Position numbers and translations under genes: made by a program
Shown here: positions 1 to 13,181 of the stretch, piece by piece
Layout of the letters: every line of letters begins with the position of its first letter
Position numbering within the stretch: position 1 is the stretch's first letter
Notes under the pieces: model-generated
Told to the model about the DNA's origin: nothing
Seen by the model: the letters and a program-made list of their open reading frames with translations, nothing else
Databases searched by the model: none
Origin: Blastocystis sp. Blastoise
Taxonomy: Eukaryota; Protista; Bigyra: Opalinata
Assembly: GCA_039096225.1 (NCBI GenBank)
Contig: JBBPEB010000006.1
Coordinates: 186,001-250,000, forward strand
DNA length: 64,000 bases
Reading direction: 5' to 3'

Positions 1-391
1 CATTTGTACCCCCGAATCAAATGAAGAAAAGCACGTGATATTCTCATTGATTCCACTTTATAAATCAGATAGCTTTGTATATATATATATATTATTATTA
101 TTATTATTATTTTATATAGTGTGAAATCTTTTGTGCATTTCTGTCTTCTCAGTTACACACAACATCCATGACATTAAATAATCTCTCTTTTATTCTCTAT
201 GTCTATTATTCTATTCTTACAAAGTATATATATATATATTTTGATTATTATTTCTATTTTCTTTCTATATATATATATATATATATAGTCTTTCAACGGA
301 TGTTCAGAATCTCTGTCTTTATCTCCAGACCCCGAAACCTGATGATTTCATAGAAGTAATCTATCAACAAATATTATACTCCTTGTATATA

Positions 392-425
<34 letters not shown>

Positions 426-1653
426 TATATAGTTTATTAGTCTCTACAAGTACTGATTCTATTTCACAAAGTTATTTAACAAGGTATATTTATATGATAA
501 TAATTATAGTAATAATAATAATAATAACTATATATATATATATAGTATTGTTCATCGTTGTTTATTAATACTGAAATTATTTATTGATGATTTTCAATTT
601 AATACTTCATTAATATCTATTCAAACTATATATAAGAAATTGTTACTTCTGAATTCACCAATATATATACAGATCTATATTTTACAATGGTTATATAGTT
701 ATTATATACATGTAATTGAAGTATATCCTGATAATAAATTAGATTCAGATATAAATGATGTATATATATATATGAAAGATGCACAGTTGAATAAAGATAA
801 AAGTGGAATCAAATTATTAATATTATTATTTGAAGAAATTAACTTAAGAAATGAAGGATATATTTGGGATGAACAAAGAGATATATATATACGTAATAGC
901 ATGACTCTGAAACATGAAGAAAAAATATGGAAAGTATATATATATATATATATATATATATACTTAATATTATACTTAATATTATACTTAATATTATTAT
1001 ATAGATAACAATGCTTCATGATAAACGTGTAGAATTATTAAATTATTTGATTGATTTATATTTAAATGTATCCAATGAAATGGTAAAGAAATCATGTGAT
1101 TTAACAGAAAAGTTTTTGAAAATTATTTCTCAATTTATTATTCAAAAGAAAGATGATCCAAGTATATATATAATATATATATATAATATATATATATATT
1201 ATATATAGATTCATATTTATGTCGCCGTTGTCTTCAACTTCTTCTTCTATTTTATAAACGTATATATCTCTCTACACCTCAAAAACCAATTACTGTTCTT
1301 TTACCAACTTCCCATGAAACTTTTAAAAGTTCTGCTGTCCATTTGACAATTCCCGCGGAACTGACAGCTGCTGATTTATTGAGATATATATATGGAGATG
1401 AATGTCAAGATAAAGTACAAACAGAAGGCGTTACAATATTAAGGGGATTAATGTACGGAAATAAAACAGCTCTTCTATATAATAAGAAATGTATTCCTTA
1501 TCATGGAGAAGTATATATATATATATATAATAATAAAAATAATAATAAATATTTTTATAGACTTTTTTTATTGAAGACATAACACATCCAGGATGTGCAA
1601 ATTCCCCTGGTTATTACATAGAATTGTATATATATATATATATTATAATATTC

Positions 1654-1685
<32 letters not shown>

Positions 1686-3427
1686 GTCAGGAATTCTTTT
1701 ATATATCAGATTATATTGAGAAAGCATTAGCTTATAACCCCTTAAGGTTACCTTCAAGTTGTATATATATATATATATATTATTATTATTATTATTCTAT
1801 ATATATATATAGTATCTAGTTCTCAGTATTACCACCCAGTTCCTTCTGATATATTATATACTACATTAATAAACTTCTTAAGGCCTTCTCGAAACACCAA
1901 GTCTTCTTTCTCCATTGGATCTCCTACTGATGCTCATAACTCTACTATTGATAATAGTAGTGTATATGCCAAAGAAGCTATATATATATTACGTAATCTA
2001 CCTCCTTATGTTCCTCTTTTGGAGCAAATTAAACAAATAAATGAAAACTCAACAAATGGATGGAATGAACTACTTGATATACGATATCCGTATATAATTA
2101 TATATAGTATTATTATTATTATATCATATTATATTTAATATAGTGGTTATATTACTTATGTTCTTGAAATTATTCATTATTTACTTTATGAATACAAAGG
2201 AAAAGGTATATATATATATAATATATAATTATTATTATTATTATAGATTTCTTGACAACATGGTTTAAGAATGCAATATATTTAAATGATGGTTATAAAT
2301 CATTCTTCAACTTATTATATACTTTTGAGCCTTCTTCTGAAATCCATTTTAATTTATATACTTTATTATCTCGTTTCTTACTTACAATATTATATCATCA
2401 ATTGACATATAATACAAAGAAGAGAAATAATATTAGTAAATATCTATCTGTATATAAAGAAGTCTATAAATATGAATTGAATTATATTCCTCAAGATATG
2501 ATATATACCTTATTAACAAGAATAGCCGAGATTATTCAAATAGCTCGTTGTCCTTCTTCTTATATACCTCCTCAATTACATACATTAAAGAAGATAAATA
2601 GTCATTCTATTTCCTTTAATATGAGCCATAATAGTCTAGAAGAAGTCTATAGTCCTCCTTTTCCTCCTCCTCCTCCTACTAATTATTTCACAGGTGCATA
2701 TAAAGATACAGGAAATGATTTAATGGATGATGATGATATGGAAGTACCTGAAGAAGAAGAAATAGGATTAATGAATACATATGAAGAGAAAGAAAGAGGA
2801 GAAGGAGAAGAAAAACCTACTGGAGAACTGATTTATGGATTAAGTCATATACTGAATACTGTTGAAATTGAAGGTGAAGAAGAAACAGGAAAAAAGAAAG
2901 AAAAAGAAATGATAGATATGTTTACTTATATAGGAAAAGGAGAAGAAGAAAAAGATCATTGTATGTTTATATTTATTATAGTTTTATTATATTTATTTTA
3001 TATTTTATTTATTATATTTCTTATTATTCTGTATAATATATAGCTATTGATGTTCAATATGTATATTCTCTTCTTCGTAATCGACTGAAAACCGCGAATA
3101 AAGAAGAAAAATATGATGTGAATACACTAGATGATTTTGTATATATATATATATTATTATATATATTTGTTTATTATTATTATTATATATATATTTATTA
3201 TTATTATTATATAGAATCTATGTATTCTGTGGATGTGTGAATCCCTCTGTCAGCTACTTACATCACATGATCTTCTTATTAAATATTTTATTGGATATAC
3301 TCAATTATCTCCGTGGTTATATACTGTTCTTATATTATCTCCTACTTCATCTTCCCGCCTTACAGTGGCGCGTTGTCTTTATGAATCCGTAATCGCGGGA
3401 AATACTTATGCTCCAGCATTTCTCTAT

Positions 3428-3463
<36 letters not shown>

Positions 3464-5744
3464 GCTATATATACTATTCTATGTATATATATATAGCATT
3501 TATTACGTATATTTGATCGTAATTTCTTCCGTTTAATTGAATCTCAAGTCGATTATTTCTGTGAATTAATGATTCTATTACTCTATTATTGCTGTGAAAA
3601 AGAGTACATATATATATATATATATATTCTATATATTCTATATATTCTATATTATTCAAAATATTCTATATATTCTATATATTCTACATATTCTATATAT
3701 TCTATATATTCTATATTTTCTATATTGTTCAAAATATTCTATTTATTCTATATTTTCTATATTATTCTCTCTTTACATATATATATAGAATGATAACTAG
3801 AACTACGGATAGTTGGTATGATTATATACTTGCCAAATTCTATGAATCACTCGATTTTAAACCTCATACATATACACAAAATAGCATTTCTGTATATATA
3901 TATATATATAGTTTTAACTATTCTATATTTATAATTAATCAACTTATATATACATATATATAGAGATATTATAATGCTATACATACTGCCGAGCAAGGTT
4001 CTCTTCATACTTGTAAATTACCTTTACATCAAATATATACTAAACTATATACCGCCTATAATACCCGCGTTCTATGTCCCTCCTTGAAAACCATGATTAT
4101 CAGAAGCATGGTTATTATGTATCCTGTATATATATATTATACATATTATTATTATACATATTATTATATTTTTTATTATACATATTATTATACTTATTCT
4201 ATTTTATTCCCTCACTTCCCAGTATTTTTCCCTCCCTTCCGACGCTTTAACTCCTCTCGCTACATCCCTCGTATCTTCTACTTTCCTTTCTCCCTATATA
4301 TTACTCTCTCACACTCCTTGGAGAACTGGTATACACAGAGCTGCAGCGAATCTACTCTTTAAAATAGGTATATATATATATATATATATATATTTATTTC
4401 ATGTAAAATATACTCTATATATAAATAATTTATTATTTTCTTCTAGCTGTTGATAACATGAGTATTGAACAATATATCAATAAATCTATATTATTTCCTT
4501 TATTGACTCTTGTTCCTCCTATTTTAAATGCTGATCAAACTCCTCCTCCTCTTACACCTTCATCTACTTATACTATTCCTTCATCTCCATTCCCACGATT
4601 AAGAAACTGTGATCTCCCCGTGGGAATACGTAATTTAGGAAATACTTGTTATATGAATAGTTTTATTCAATTACTTAGTAATAGTGGTTATATAGATGGA
4701 TTATTACATATACCTACAGAAGGTATAGTAATAAAGAGAAATGATAAAGATATATATACAGATATTCATGTATGTTTAAAGAATAATCCATTTACTACAG
4801 AAAGAAATAATTTAAGAATTACTTCAATTCCCCACGGGGGACAGCCTATTGTTAGTCAAGATAAAACTCCCGTTTGTTGTGTTTCTCCACATGTTAATGA
4901 TGCTCTCTCTGTTACTAATAGTATAGGTACTAATATATATAATCCAGATACTATTATTGCTGTTCCTCATTCTAAAAGTAGTGCAGCTTCAATTCCTATT
5001 TCTGTATTCCCACAACCACCTAAACTTATTGTTCCAGAACCTCTATTAGCTCCTCTTGGCATGTGCGCATCCCCCTCTATCTCACGTGTTCCTTCAGCAG
5101 ATATCCCTATAATGCCATCAATGACTCCAAACGTCCCTTCTTTAGTTTTACCGCCACCAGCATTACCGCCAACGCCATCAACATTAAGAGCTATACAAGA
5201 ACTTATTTGTGATTTACGTTATGGTAGTTATAATTGCGGGGATCCTTCGAAATTGATTGATACTTTAACTGATTTTGAAGGTAATAAAATGGATAAAAAC
5301 ACACAATTTGATTTAAGTGAATTTTGTAATGTATTATTTGATAAGATTGAGAAAGAAGGAGGAAAAGAATGGCTTGAAAACACGTTTTACGGGAATATGT
5401 GTAGTTGTACCCGTAGTTTAGAATGTTCCCATGTTTCTCTTCGTAATGAACCTTTTACTATGTTAACTGTTAATATTAATAAAGCTAATGTATATATTTT
5501 TTGTTTATTATACTAATTATTATTATACTTATACTTATTATTATGTATAGTCTGTTGAACAAGCATTACAGCAAACGGTTGCTATAAATGAATTACTTGG
5601 AGATAACCAATGGAAATGCGAGGAATGTAATAAGAAAGTTAACGGCTGTCGACGTACAGTGATCGATAATACGAAACCATTACTTATGATTAGTATAAAT
5701 CGTATTCAATTTGATTATAATACAATGACTAGAACTAAGGTATA

Positions 5745-5817
<73 letters not shown>

Positions 5818-6036
5818 CTTATTTTTATTATATAGATTAATTCTTATTGTTCATTCCCCATGATTTTAAATGTATTTCCATATACTTATACTGGTCTGAT
5901 TGGCAAGAAATATAATACAGCTGGACAACTTGTACATGATTCTCTTTGGGATGTTAAAGATAACGAAAATCCTCATATAAATGAAGAAGATTGTTATTAT
6001 GAATTAATTGGTATTCTCGTTCATAATGGTACTGCT

Positions 6037-6069
<33 letters not shown>

Positions 6070-6770
6070 TCATTCTTAATAACTCTATATATATATATAT
6101 AGATAGTGGCCATTACTATTATTTCGGTAAATCTGAGAATCCAATGAATAAGCAACGTTACGGTGACGAATCGGATGATTTTACAACGGATAAGGATCAA
6201 TGGTATTTATATAATGATAGTGAAGTACTTGAATTTAATCCTGAAAAAATTGAACAAGATTGTTTTGGAGGAAAAGAAAAGGTATATATATATATAATAA
6301 TAATTATTATATTATTCTATTATATACATTATATTCTTCCTCACAATTCTTTGGAATACCCTAATTATCTATATCTATCTCTATAGGATAATACTGAGAA
6401 GACCTACAGTGCTACTGTGCTTCTTTATAGTCGTATTCAACATCATAAAGGTATGACTCCCATTCCTTCGTTTGCTAAACAACCCAATGACTCGTACTCT
6501 ACATCTATATCCCCGCGGTTATCCGGATCCTTCTCTTCTATCAATACGAATGTTTCTGCTCCTCCTTGTAGTTCCTTATTAACCTATATATGTAATAATA
6601 TTAAGAGAAGTGATACTTTATTTGAACTCTATTCACCTTATATTGGTATATATATATATATAATTATTATATATATTCTAATATTTATTTAGGTAAATAT
6701 ATAATACAAATGTTAAAGTATCATAAAGAAAAAGGATTTGAAGATATTGAAAAATATCCAGATATGCTTA

Positions 6771-6804
<34 letters not shown>

Positions 6805-6959
6805 AGTTTATTGAATATCCTATTTTTATTTATATTTTATCTTATTCTATATATGTATATACATGTATTTATATATATAGGTAGCTGTTCTATATTATAT
6901 ATATATTCTTTCATCTTCATATGAACCAATTTCCATTTGGTCTCAAACCATAGGAATAG

Positions 6960-6995
<36 letters not shown>

Positions 6996-7942
6996 ATATA
7001 TTTATTATATATTTATTATTTTGCATTTATTATTATATTTATATAGTTTAATATGTTCACCAAGTGTTTCTCTTTGGTTCTTAACTATATATATATATAA
7101 TTATACTTCTATTTGTCCTCTTCTCTCTCCTCTTTGTCCAGATAGCTTCAAAAAAGCCACAACAAACTGTCTCTATAATGCCATGCAAAGCATCACTCTT
7201 AAATATAAACAGGAAATTGCAACATATATTCAAAATGATTTGAAAAAACAATATCGAATTCCTCCTATTGCTTTGATTGATAAGATTGTACTAAAAGTAA
7301 ATGAATCGCTTTGTGAAGCATTCCAGAATGTTGCTTATAATACTGAATTCTTTGATATTCTCACGAGATTATTAAAGACTCAAAAGAATCAAGAAAACTA
7401 TTTCCCATTAATGTGTGTGTATCGTAAAATGCACAAATGTTTATTGGGGTTATTATTAGTACATAACCATATTCCAGTATATTATTTATCTCTATATGCG
7501 GATCAGGCATTGTCTCTTCTTCTTCTTCTTCTTCCTTCTCTTAATATCAATAATCGAATTGAAAGCTATCCTTCTACTAAAGCTGGTATCTATTTATTAT
7601 TTATTATTATATATTATTATATATTATTATTATAGATGTTGTTCTTTTTACAAATGAAGATGTTAAACAAGTATATATATATATAATAATAATTTATTAT
7701 TATTATTTTATATGTATAGTATATGACATTTGATTTCTTTTCATTTATATATCAATATTCACCATCAAAATCATCTTCTTTATTTAAGTGGCTTGTATTC
7801 TCTAATCTATCTTATACTGATTATATTAAAGATATATTCCTTAATATAAGTATAAATGAATTTAGACAACGTATTAATACATATATACCGATTATAAGAG
7901 ACTTTATTACTATTAAAGATTCTCTTCAAAATGTATATATTT

Positions 7943-7974
<32 letters not shown>

Positions 7975-8360
7975 TCAAATTATTATCTTTATTATATAGG
8001 ATCGTATATCTACAATATTAAAAGTATTATTACATCTTGGTCAAACTTATATACAAGATATACCAAATGATAATATATATAATCATGCTATTATCTATAA
8101 ATTATTCAATTGCTTATTAAAGTATATTATTATGTATTCTATATTAATATATATTCTATATATATATAGATTATATTTAACCAATCCTATATTAGCTAAA
8201 CATATATTATCTAATAAAGATACTATTAATGAATTAATGAAAACTTATGACTATATGTATATATATATATATAAATTATATTTATTATTCATTATATCTC
8301 TATCTATCTATATATAGAACAAATCAAGTGAATTCACGTGATAATAAACTCAAACAATAG
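1..8360 (+). CDS. Large multi-exon ubiquitin-specific protease (USP9/24/34-like, peptidase C19), 5'-truncated by the window edge
   Basis: Cys box VGIRNLGNTCYMNSFIQ (ORF 4458), QFDLSEF, LLGDNQWKCEECNKKV, and a His box YELIGILVHNGTA|DSGHYY plus WYLYNDSEV across GT-AG introns. Probable stop TAG at 8358-8360. Exon boundaries were not all resolved. Confidence 0.9.
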
Positions 8361-9193
8361 TATAAATATTATATCTATAAACATATTTATTATTTTTCTA
8401 TTATTATCTTCGTGTCACTTTTTATCTTTGTAAACATAATTTCATTTTTTTTCATATCTATTTATCTTTTTATACACTATTTTAATTGCTTGTTTCTATT
8501 TATACATATAATTATTTGTAAAGTACCTTTTTCAAATTATATAGTTAAAAAAAACAATCTTTTTTATTTTTCTATTTTCTCTTTTCTCTACATTTTTTTT
8601 TGTATAGATTTCTTATTATTTATAACAATTATTTTTATTGTTTATCTATAATAATCATCACATCTTATAACAACGTCTATTTCATTTTCAATATATGTTT
8701 ATTATTACTTTCTTTTTAATGATTAATACTCATGTCAAAAAATAATCAAAGAATACACTTATATAAAACATTAATTCATTTATATGTCTCTTGTTTTTTT
8801 ATTCTCTCTACATATATATTGATTCTATATATAAAATTAAATAACACTTCTTAACCAAAAGAAATGCCATTTAATTAGTTATCTACTCAAATCTATCATA
8901 TATAGAATGTAAAATTAATGATAGTATACTATAATACACTTATAACTTTAAAAATGACTCATATAGTATCAAATAATTGTAAGAATCACTAAATCAGCAT
9001 TAAGAAATATAAACTATATTTTATTTCACTTTGACGATATCATACTATATCCTAAAATCATTTTAAATTAATTTAATAACACTAGTGTAGCAATTAAATC
9101 CAAAATTATATTTATTTTTCAAAAAGATTATAGTGAATATCATATATTCATTCTTCATATTACCAATCGAAATACTTTATATGAAATAGAACC

Positions 9194-9321
9194 TTAATAA
9201 TACTTCCGCTCTTCGATCTCCAGTATTTCACTCGATATTACCCCTGTATCGGAAAATCATACTGATTTTCCGATCAGGGGTAATAGACGAGTGCTGGAGA
9301 TCTCGGCTGAAGTATTATTAA
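9194..9321. other. Terminal imperfect palindrome (bulged hairpin)
   Basis: Paired arms 9194-9206/9309-9321, 9215-9223/9294-9302, 9229-9234/9288-9293, 9236-9246/9275-9285 and 9248-9259/9263-9274, with a 3-nt loop TAC. Confidence 0.95.
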
Positions 9322-9553
9322 AACTTCCGAAACATGGGGAAGTGATAAAAGTAAGGGTAGTTTTAAAAATAATCAAAAAAGTAATTTTAAAGTGATTTGA
9401 TTGGTCGATTTGGGGTGTGCGTCATCGATTTCTAAAAATCTAATATTATAAAATATATTTTTGATAAATGACTATATGAAATCCATATAGTCATATAGTC
9501 ATTTAGCCCCTTATATCTAAAGAGTTTGGGAAAAAAAATTCAAAACTGGCTCT
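9197..9553 (+). repeat. Left terminal inverted repeat (357 bp)
   Basis: Reverse complement of 34218-34575. The only difference I found is GGG versus GGGG in one homopolymer near the inner end. Confidence 0.97.
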
Positions 9554-9965
9554 TTTATTTTTCAATTGGAAGCTTGTTTATATGTTTTATTTTATTATTT
9601 TATATTATTTATTTTTTATTTATATTATTTAATGTTTAAAATTATTAAATATGTTATTAATTGAAATAAAATAGTCAAAAATATATGTTTTTATATTAAA
9701 TATTAATTTTTAAAAAAAGTTTCAATTGATAATATAATAAAAATATAATATATTATAAAAAATAAATGTTTAATAACAATAAAATCATTGATAAACATAA
9801 GAAATCAAGACTCTAAATAGAAAAAACCATTTTTAGTGAAAAACAACCAATGAAAACATTGATTTTTATAAAAACCAGAGTTTCTCTGATTGATTTTTAT
9901 CTTTGAAATGCTCTCTTAAAAGTTCATATTTTATTTTATTTGTTGTTTATTATAAAAGCTTAAAA

Positions 9966-10434
9966 ATGAATCCTAATGATATTTTAGAGTTAACTGATGA
10001 TACTAATGTTGATGATAGCCTTCCTTGTAGTCCAGCTGTTTGTAAAGGTATGCAATTGAAATATCAATTATTATTTTATATATATAGTTGAGTTAGGTAG
10101 TGTTGGTAGTAGTATAGATGATGATTCTAATGAAACTAATGAACCTGCTAATGAGAATGGAACTCTGTTACCCCAATTGGAACCTTTGTCGATAGAAGCC
10201 TTCTATGATCAGGTGAGATTATTGACTTGGAGACTTCCAAATCATATCAATGTTACCTGGAGAAGAGATGGAAGTATTTTGATACCTCCTCGCAATTGTA
10301 ATTGGTGTGCTCCTCCAGATAATACATCTGAAGGAGTGAATTATGCTGAACCAAGTTCTCCTAATACTACTAGAAGACACCATCATAAAAAGGGATGCAG
10401 AAAGTATAAAAAAGTCGTATACTATTATAAGTAA
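9966..10434 (+). CDS. Hypothetical 142-aa protein, two exons (9966-10047, 10088-10434)
   Basis: Removing a 40-nt GTATGC...TATATAG intron joins ORF-track fragments 9903 and 10177 in frame. Acidic N-terminus, basic C-terminus. Confidence 0.75.
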
Positions 10435-10970
10435 TTGATATTTATCTTTGTTTTTTGTTTTTGTTTTTCTTGTTTTTAATTTTTTATTTATTACTTTGTT
10501 TTGTTTTATTGTTTTAATAATAAAAATACTTTTTATTTGATTACACTACTCTTAAAAATGACCTTTTACAATACCAATTGATAAAAGAAATAAATCAATT
10601 GTAATTCCTTTTTTTAATAGGGAAATACTCATCGTTGAGACATGCCTGATACACTGTTGAAATCAGCATAAAATTCCCTATTGAATGGTGTTACCCATAT
10701 ATTGATACGACCATTTTAAGGTGTACGTGACCAATTGCTCAATTGACTTTTGCTTGGTATGTTGGTGAATATATGATATTGAGTAATCAAATTAAAAAAT
10801 AGTCAAATATGTTCTAAATTATATGTAGATTACGAATATGATATCTATTTTTGTTTAAACTCATTTATTCATTATTAAAAACATCATTTCAATTGAAATA
10901 GATATCCTTAATAGATTCAATATATAATATATTATTTATGGAAATTTTATAATTTTTTTTAAATAATATA

Positions 10971-11303
10971 ATGTCTAACGAGGTGAAGAATAATTGTTTT
11001 AAAACAATAATAGATAAAATAATATCTATATTCTCTAAAAGTAGTGAACTAGTAAGTTGTATAATAGAAAATATTAATTTTAACTGTAACTGTTGTTCTC
11101 CTTATAAAGTAGCTAGATTACATCACTTAAGAGAGTCTCAATATAAAATAGAAAAAATGTTAACTGATATAAAAGATCAAGCAAAGGATATACATGAAAA
11201 TACATTAGATGAAACAGAGTCTATTGAAATAATAAATACAAAATTAGATTTACTAATAAAGACTTTGTCAGAAATATCAAAAAATATTAATTGTTTTAAG
11301 TAA
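10971..11303 (+). CDS. Hypothetical 110-aa protein with probable coiled coil
   Basis: ATG-initiated ORF ending 9 bp before YR1; heptad-like C-terminal half. Confidence 0.65.
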   Translation: MSNEVKNNCFKTIIDKIISIFSKSSELVSCIIENINFNCNCCSPYKVARLHHLRESQYKIEKMLTDIKDQAKDIHENTLDETESIEIINTKLDLLIKTLSEISKNINCFK

Positions 11304-11312
11304 TTTTCAGTT

Positions 11313-13112
11313 ATGTATAAACGTGGGGATTCTGATGAAGAATGTGAAGATTTTTTTATGAACTGTATTCGTGATTTATATCATTTTAAACGTATACGTG
11401 AATCTACTTATGAAGTATATATGCGTAATATGCGTACTATATGTTCTAAGTTTCGTGTAGCTGCTAATATTAATATTGATGAAAGTATTCATAAACCTGA
11501 TTTAGCTCCATACTTCTGTATAGAAGCATTAGGTTATCCTGAATATATTTCAAGTATTTTATTAAATTCTGAGACAAAAGCCCATGGCCAAACAGGAGGG
11601 TTATCTAAGACCTCTGTAGCTAACTATATGGCTATGTTAGAGTTTATAATGGAAAATATAGATATATTAACAGATGATAGACAAATATTAAGGTCTCCTG
11701 TATTTCTAAGGTCTAATATAAAGAAATATAAAACAATATGGGTATCTCTACAACATAATGCTACTACTGCTAGACATTATGAGTATACCGATAGAATAAC
11801 TGAGTCTGGAGCTCAATGGGATATATTAATAAATAAAACAAAAGATGATTATTTAAAGAATCCAAATGATTTATTTTATGTTAATAGTTATTTATTAGTA
11901 TTAACCTATGATTGTTTATGTTGTCGTAATGATTATGGTGATTGTAAGATATATACTCGTAGTTCTAAAGTACCTTCAAGTCTTAAAAAGTCAACAAATT
12001 ATTTAGATTTAAATGATTTAACAATAAATGTAAATGATACTAAGAATGTATACCAGTTAGGTATAAATCGTGTTAAAACAAAACAAGAAGTCTCAGAAGA
12101 ATTTTTAAATGTATTAGCAAGATCATTAAGATTATATCCAAGAGATGAGTTATTTATAAATGAAATAACTCATGGATTTATTGGAGAAAATAAATTTGGA
12201 GAATATATAAAAATGCATTTAGGTAGAATATTTACATATAAAGATGAGATAAATGGTCAAGCAGTAGAAAGACAGTTAATAACAGGTTGTGATGTAATAC
12301 GTCATTTGTTCGCTCAATGTTATTATAAAATATATTTAAGATTAACAGAGAGTGGAGATCCTCAGTTAGAAGTACGTGGTCAAGAAATATTTGAGAAAAG
12401 TGTAGAGAAGATGCTACATGCTACATCAACTCATTTAGAACAATATATAACACCCTTCTTAGAACGTGTAAATAAAAAGAAAAAACAAATAGATAAACAA
12501 TTTAGACCTATTCAGATAAATGGTAGATCTCTATTTAAAGAATGGTTATTAGAGGATAAGGAGAAGGATATGTTTCTCTATAGAAGATTTTTAGAACGTA
12601 TTTTAGAATATCATGAAGATTATACAGATGTATTTGGTGAAGAGAATTTTGGAGAGTATCTAAGTGAGGGTCAGAATATATCGTTTAATAAATTAAATGA
12701 TTTTCCAGAGTTTAAAAAAGGTTTATTAGAAATATATTCAAAATTTAAAAATGGTGAATATCCAAATAGAACAGATTTAGAAAATCAATTACCAGAAGGT
12801 TGTCCAGATAAGACTGTAATTTGGAAAGATAAAGATCGTGAGAAATATATAAAATATATAAAGAGTAAATCATTAGTTCGTCAAATCGATAAAGATACTC
12901 GTACAGGTGTGATGATACCTAGAGAAAGTCAGGCATTACATAATATGAGTAAGAGAAGTAGTGAGTATGATGCTTATGTAGAAGATGGTAAAGAACACCC
13001 TTATGCTACACGTAGTCAGTCTAATATTATACGAAAACCAAATATAATACGTATAAAGATTCCTAAGAAACATAATCATGGTGCAGGTCTATTTTTAAAA
13101 TTAAAATATTAA
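11313..13112 (+). CDS. Divergent tyrosine recombinase-like protein (YR1) with C-terminal extension
   Basis: Motif order CCRNDYG - DTKN - ELF - DVIRHLF - MLH...EQY parallels YR2 (R-K-R-H-Y). Confidence 0.75.
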   Translation: MYKRGDSDEECEDFFMNCIRDLYHFKRIRESTYEVYMRNMRTICSKFRVAANINIDESIHKPDLAPYFCIEALGYPEYISSILLNSETKAHGQTGGLSKTSVANYMAMLEFIMENIDILTDDRQILRSPVFLRSNIKKYKTIWVSLQHNATTARHYEYTDRITESGAQWDILINKTKDDYLKNPNDLFYVNSYLLVLTYDCLCCRNDYGDCKIYTRSSKVPSSLKKSTNYLDLNDLTINVNDTKNVYQLGINRVKTKQEVSEEFLNVLARSLRLYPRDELFINEITHGFIGENKFGEYIKMHLGRIFTYKDEINGQAVERQLITGCDVIRHLFAQCYYKIYLRLTESGDPQLEVRGQEIFEKSVEKMLHATSTHLEQYITPFLERVNKKKKQIDKQFRPIQINGRSLFKEWLLEDKEKDMFLYRRFLERILEYHEDYTDVFGEENFGEYLSEGQNISFNKLNDFPEFKKGLLEIYSKFKNGEYPNRTDLENQLPEGCPDKTVIWKDKDREKYIKYIKSKSLVRQIDKDTRTGVMIPRESQALHNMSKRSSEYDAYVEDGKEHPYATRSQSNIIRKPNIIRIKIPKKHNHGAGLFLKLKY

Positions 13113-13181
13113 GTTGTTATAAATAAATAAAATAAAAAATTGTTTTGTTAACTAAACAAGTATATATAAATAAAATAAGAT

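Noticed and set aside
168-8651. Many short ORFs ending in YIYIYI
   Set aside because: Exon fragments of the USP gene reading into (TA)n introns, or UTR noise.
10616-10682. Hammerhead ribozyme
   Set aside because: Three-way junction, but no CUGAnGA core on either strand.
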